Positions 61,040-64,000 of a stretch of DNA of 64,000 nucleotides are shown in pieces. Below the pieces are notes generated by a model that was not told the origin of the DNA, searched no databases, and saw only the letters and a list, made by a program, of their open reading frames with translations. Made by a program: the position numbers and the translations under genes. Position 1 is the first letter of the stretch, and each line of letters starts with the position of its first letter. The stretch is from Podarcis filfolensis (Eukaryota), in assembly GCA_964270895.1 (NCBI GenBank), contig OZ185437.1; one strand, 5' to 3'.

Positions 61040-64000
61040 GGATGGCATTTTGGAATTCCCACATTATAAAAATAAAAATAAATAATTCTGCAACTGAAAA
61101 AAAATCAGGAGGAGGATTCCACCCCATCTCATTATTTGTTGTGCTTATCTTGCACTTGAAGGAGTTGTGTTTTTGTTTTAATGCAAGGGAGCTTGTAAAA
61201 TTGTGGCACACCCACCCACCTGCAGTTGAAAATAGTACATTCCATTTCACCACCTCTAGATACAACCACATTATTTCCAACTTATTATGCTGCATGTGCA
61301 GATCAGGATTTAAATAAAGCAGGGAGGTGTAGACTGAACTGCCCATAATTCCCAAATTGGAAAGAAGAGGAGAAACTGGAAAAGATCTCTAGATCCTACT
61401 CCCTATACATTCAAATAATCAGAAGCAAGATATTTACAAAACGGAAGCAACACAGTCATATCTGTTGTAGCACTTTCACTTTCCCTACACTTCTCTGAAT
61501 TAACCCATTGACAAACCAATAGAGTAGAAAAGCTCAAAATCCAAAATACCATAAAGCTCACACACCTGCAAGGTTTCCTGAAAGATCTTCATTTATAAGC
61601 TTGAACTTTCAAAAACCCTCTCTTAAAGAGTGAAAGATATATCTGAGAAATTGGTTGCTGCATATTTTGTTGGTCCAGATGAATCACTGGCAGTGCAGTA
61701 TCTAAAGTATGCCCCACACAGATCAATTGGATTTACCACCATGAAAGTGTGTGTTGAATTGCAGCCTCAATGTTGAAAACTACTCTTTTGTAAAATAAGT
61801 TAAGTGGGACAGGCTTTTACTCACTGTAAACATAACTGGAGCAAATTGGAATATTTTAGTGAAAAGATAATTTTGCTAAAAAGGGTCATGGGAACATTTC
61901 CTACATTTTTAATTTATACAACTCACTAAGAATATTTAAATCATATCTGCACAAAGCTTTGAGAATATATTCTGCCTTTATTGTTCACAAAAAGGAGATC
62001 CAAAGTCATTAAGTCCACTCAAAGGAACCAGATAAAGGAAGGAAAAAGAATGGAAAAGGAGTTTGGATATCAGTAACAGCACATCTTACAAAGAACGGCA
62101 TATCTCAAAGGCAAGGGAAACACATTTATTGCTCTTCTCCAAAAACATGGTGTCACTGTCCCAAATTACTTCAAGATGTAATCTGGATGATAATAAGGAC
62201 CCCCATGCCCATAATGAAAGAAAACTCTCAGATATAGTTCAGGAGTAGTGAACCTTTTTTGACCCAAGAGCTACATTACCCTCCTGGAAAGCTGCTGTGA
62301 GTCACCTAGTAGTGGATGGGACCAGTCTCCAACCACAGAAACACACAATCTCTCTCTCTTTCTCCCTCTTTCCTTCCCACCTTCTCTCTAACACACACAA
62401 ACACACACTCACTCCTGAAAATCGAAGCACATATTTCATTCCTCATAATACCACACAACTTCACTTTCCATTTTCTCCATAGACTTTAAGAAAAAAGTTG
62501 GGCTCTCCAACATCCCTTATTTGTACTGACTGTATAAAAGGCAAACGTAGCTCAGTAATCCTAGCAGAATTAACATAAATAAGGTCAATTCACAGTTTGA
62601 GTCCTGCCTTACAGCTATTTAAGGCCTCAAACTTCAAAATGCAATTGCATGCTGAAGCTTGCAAGCATGCAATCGCAAAACAAATGACTACTTTTTGCAT
62701 ATTTGCAAAAACACACATCTACCTCTGGGCTGAGACCTTTTCCCCACATGCCTTCTTCTTTTATCAGGTATTTCTGCAGAGGAAAGAGGTACAACCATGC
62801 ACAACATCCAAGTCCCTTCTCCTAACAACTGCTCCCCACTGAACAGCTGGTGGTTGGAAGGAAGCCCAGGGGACAGATGAAATATCATATACTATACTCT
62901 GATACTAATAATGTTCAGTGACCAAATACCTCATCCAAGAAATCATTATCATCGTGTGGGATAGTTTCTGCCTCACCTTTTGCATGCATGCAAGGGTTCA
63001 GCTGAGCAAGCACCTTCAGCAAGTCCCTTGGTTATGAACTCATTCACTTGGGAAGAATTTAGAAGCACGTTGCAAGCTTTGTTCTCTCCCAGGTTAGTCC
63101 ACTTTCTTTCTTTTGGAAGAATGTAGATTCAAGAGCAGGGCTACCACTGGCTTCCTGCTCCCAAAACACCACCTTGTAAATCTTCCCAACTAGGAGATAC
63201 ACACAACCTGTTTTCCTTCATGTTTGGTTCCTGACATAGGAACTTCCTGACAAAGGACACACAGCTTTTTTGTGTTGGGCAGGACAGTTAAGGATGGCTG
63301 TTACTTGCCCCCTCTGGGGTTTGCTCTTAATTGGAGAGTACCTGTTCATGGGGTTTTTTTTTCTTGAAAACTATTTTTGGAACCTCCTTTTGAATCTTTC
63401 TGCCGACTGGATGGACACGTGTTTAAAGCCCCATTTTTGTGACCCCTGATGTATTGGGTGTAAAATATTTTACTTCTTTATAAAGCAAACAGTATGTGAT
63501 TTAGTTTTGGCTAAGTCTTTTGTGGGGAACACATGTTAAAAGCTGGATGTGAGTGGATACAATTTAGGCCTCTCTGTGCAGGTTTTAAAACCCCTTGAGG
63601 CAACCAGATGTTGTGCAGCCATTCTGCAAAAGGAAGACAAAGGGATCAGTTAGATTTCCTAACATCTCTCCCCAAATCTCTCTCTCAATGCATAGATGCT
63701 ATTCTTAATCATAAATTTAAGGTGGGCATGTATTCTGCAAGCCCAATCCTGAAAAAAGCAGTTCAGTTCCTTCCAAATGTGGACTGATTTTATAAAGGCA
63801 TTCAAAGGGTACAGAATCTGCCCGCTGTAGCTCTGAATTTTTAAAAAGGGAAATGCATGTGTGTATCTCACTTAATCAGCCTTTGCTGTGACTCAGCCTG
63901 AAAACTGACCTATAGTGAGGGCAGTAACCAGATTTTCAAAAACGGCAGAAATACAATCCTAATCCAAGCATAAGGAGATCACACCAAGCAAGAATATGTC

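Larger units (their letters stand above)
58637..64000 (-). other. PRKN: PRKN intron 8 (partial)
   Basis: Upstream of the exon 9 acceptor. No exon 8 ([20 protein letters not shown]-like) sequence found in this stretch. Confidence 0.8.

Noticed and set aside
1-64000. CRISPR arrays, operons, prokaryotic defence systems, endogenous non-retroviral viral elements or NUMTs
   Set aside because: The sequence is vertebrate intron. No repeat-spacer array, viral protein motif or mitochondrial gene was recognised in the ORF track or by eye. A translated search could still reveal degraded viral fragments.
1-64000. Overall antisense orientation bias of TEs relative to PRKN
   Set aside because: Copies occur on both strands in similar numbers, and the sample is too small.

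Overview
Eukaryotic (vertebrate) genomic DNA from a squamate reptile, most likely a lacertid lizard (inferred from the Sauria SINE, Squam-type SINE, young L2, BovB and MITE content). The whole window lies inside the parkin gene (PRKN/PARK2), transcribed on the minus strand. Only one host exon is recognisable: the 150-bp exon 9 at 58487-58636 (RING1-IBR helix plus the first half of the IBR zinc finger). Bases 1-58486 are therefore intron 9 and 58637-64000 intron 8; I found no exon 8 or exon 10 by eye. The rest is intron filled with transposable elements: a near-intact 2.2-kb L2 RT fragment, older L2 and CR1 relics, two BovB 3' ends with TSDs, four Sauria SINEs, Squam3/MIR-like SINEs, Tigger-like and hAT-like MITEs (several with TSDs), a 104-bp L1-type insertion with a 16-bp TSD, a probable solo LTR and a related inverted relic, and a Penelope-like fragment. 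There are also microsatellites and several repeat-poor blocks that look like conserved non-coding elements. Almost all ORFs in the supplied track are spurious or TE-derived. I see no clearly new biological system. The best leads are the sense-oriented LTR-like promoter/polyA cassette in intron 9, a duplicated L2 3' end suggesting TPRT restart, an extra Cys in the parkin RING1-IBR helix, sense-strand UG repeats (TDP-43 link), and candidate enhancers. Repeat family names come from recalled consensus motifs, not from a database search.
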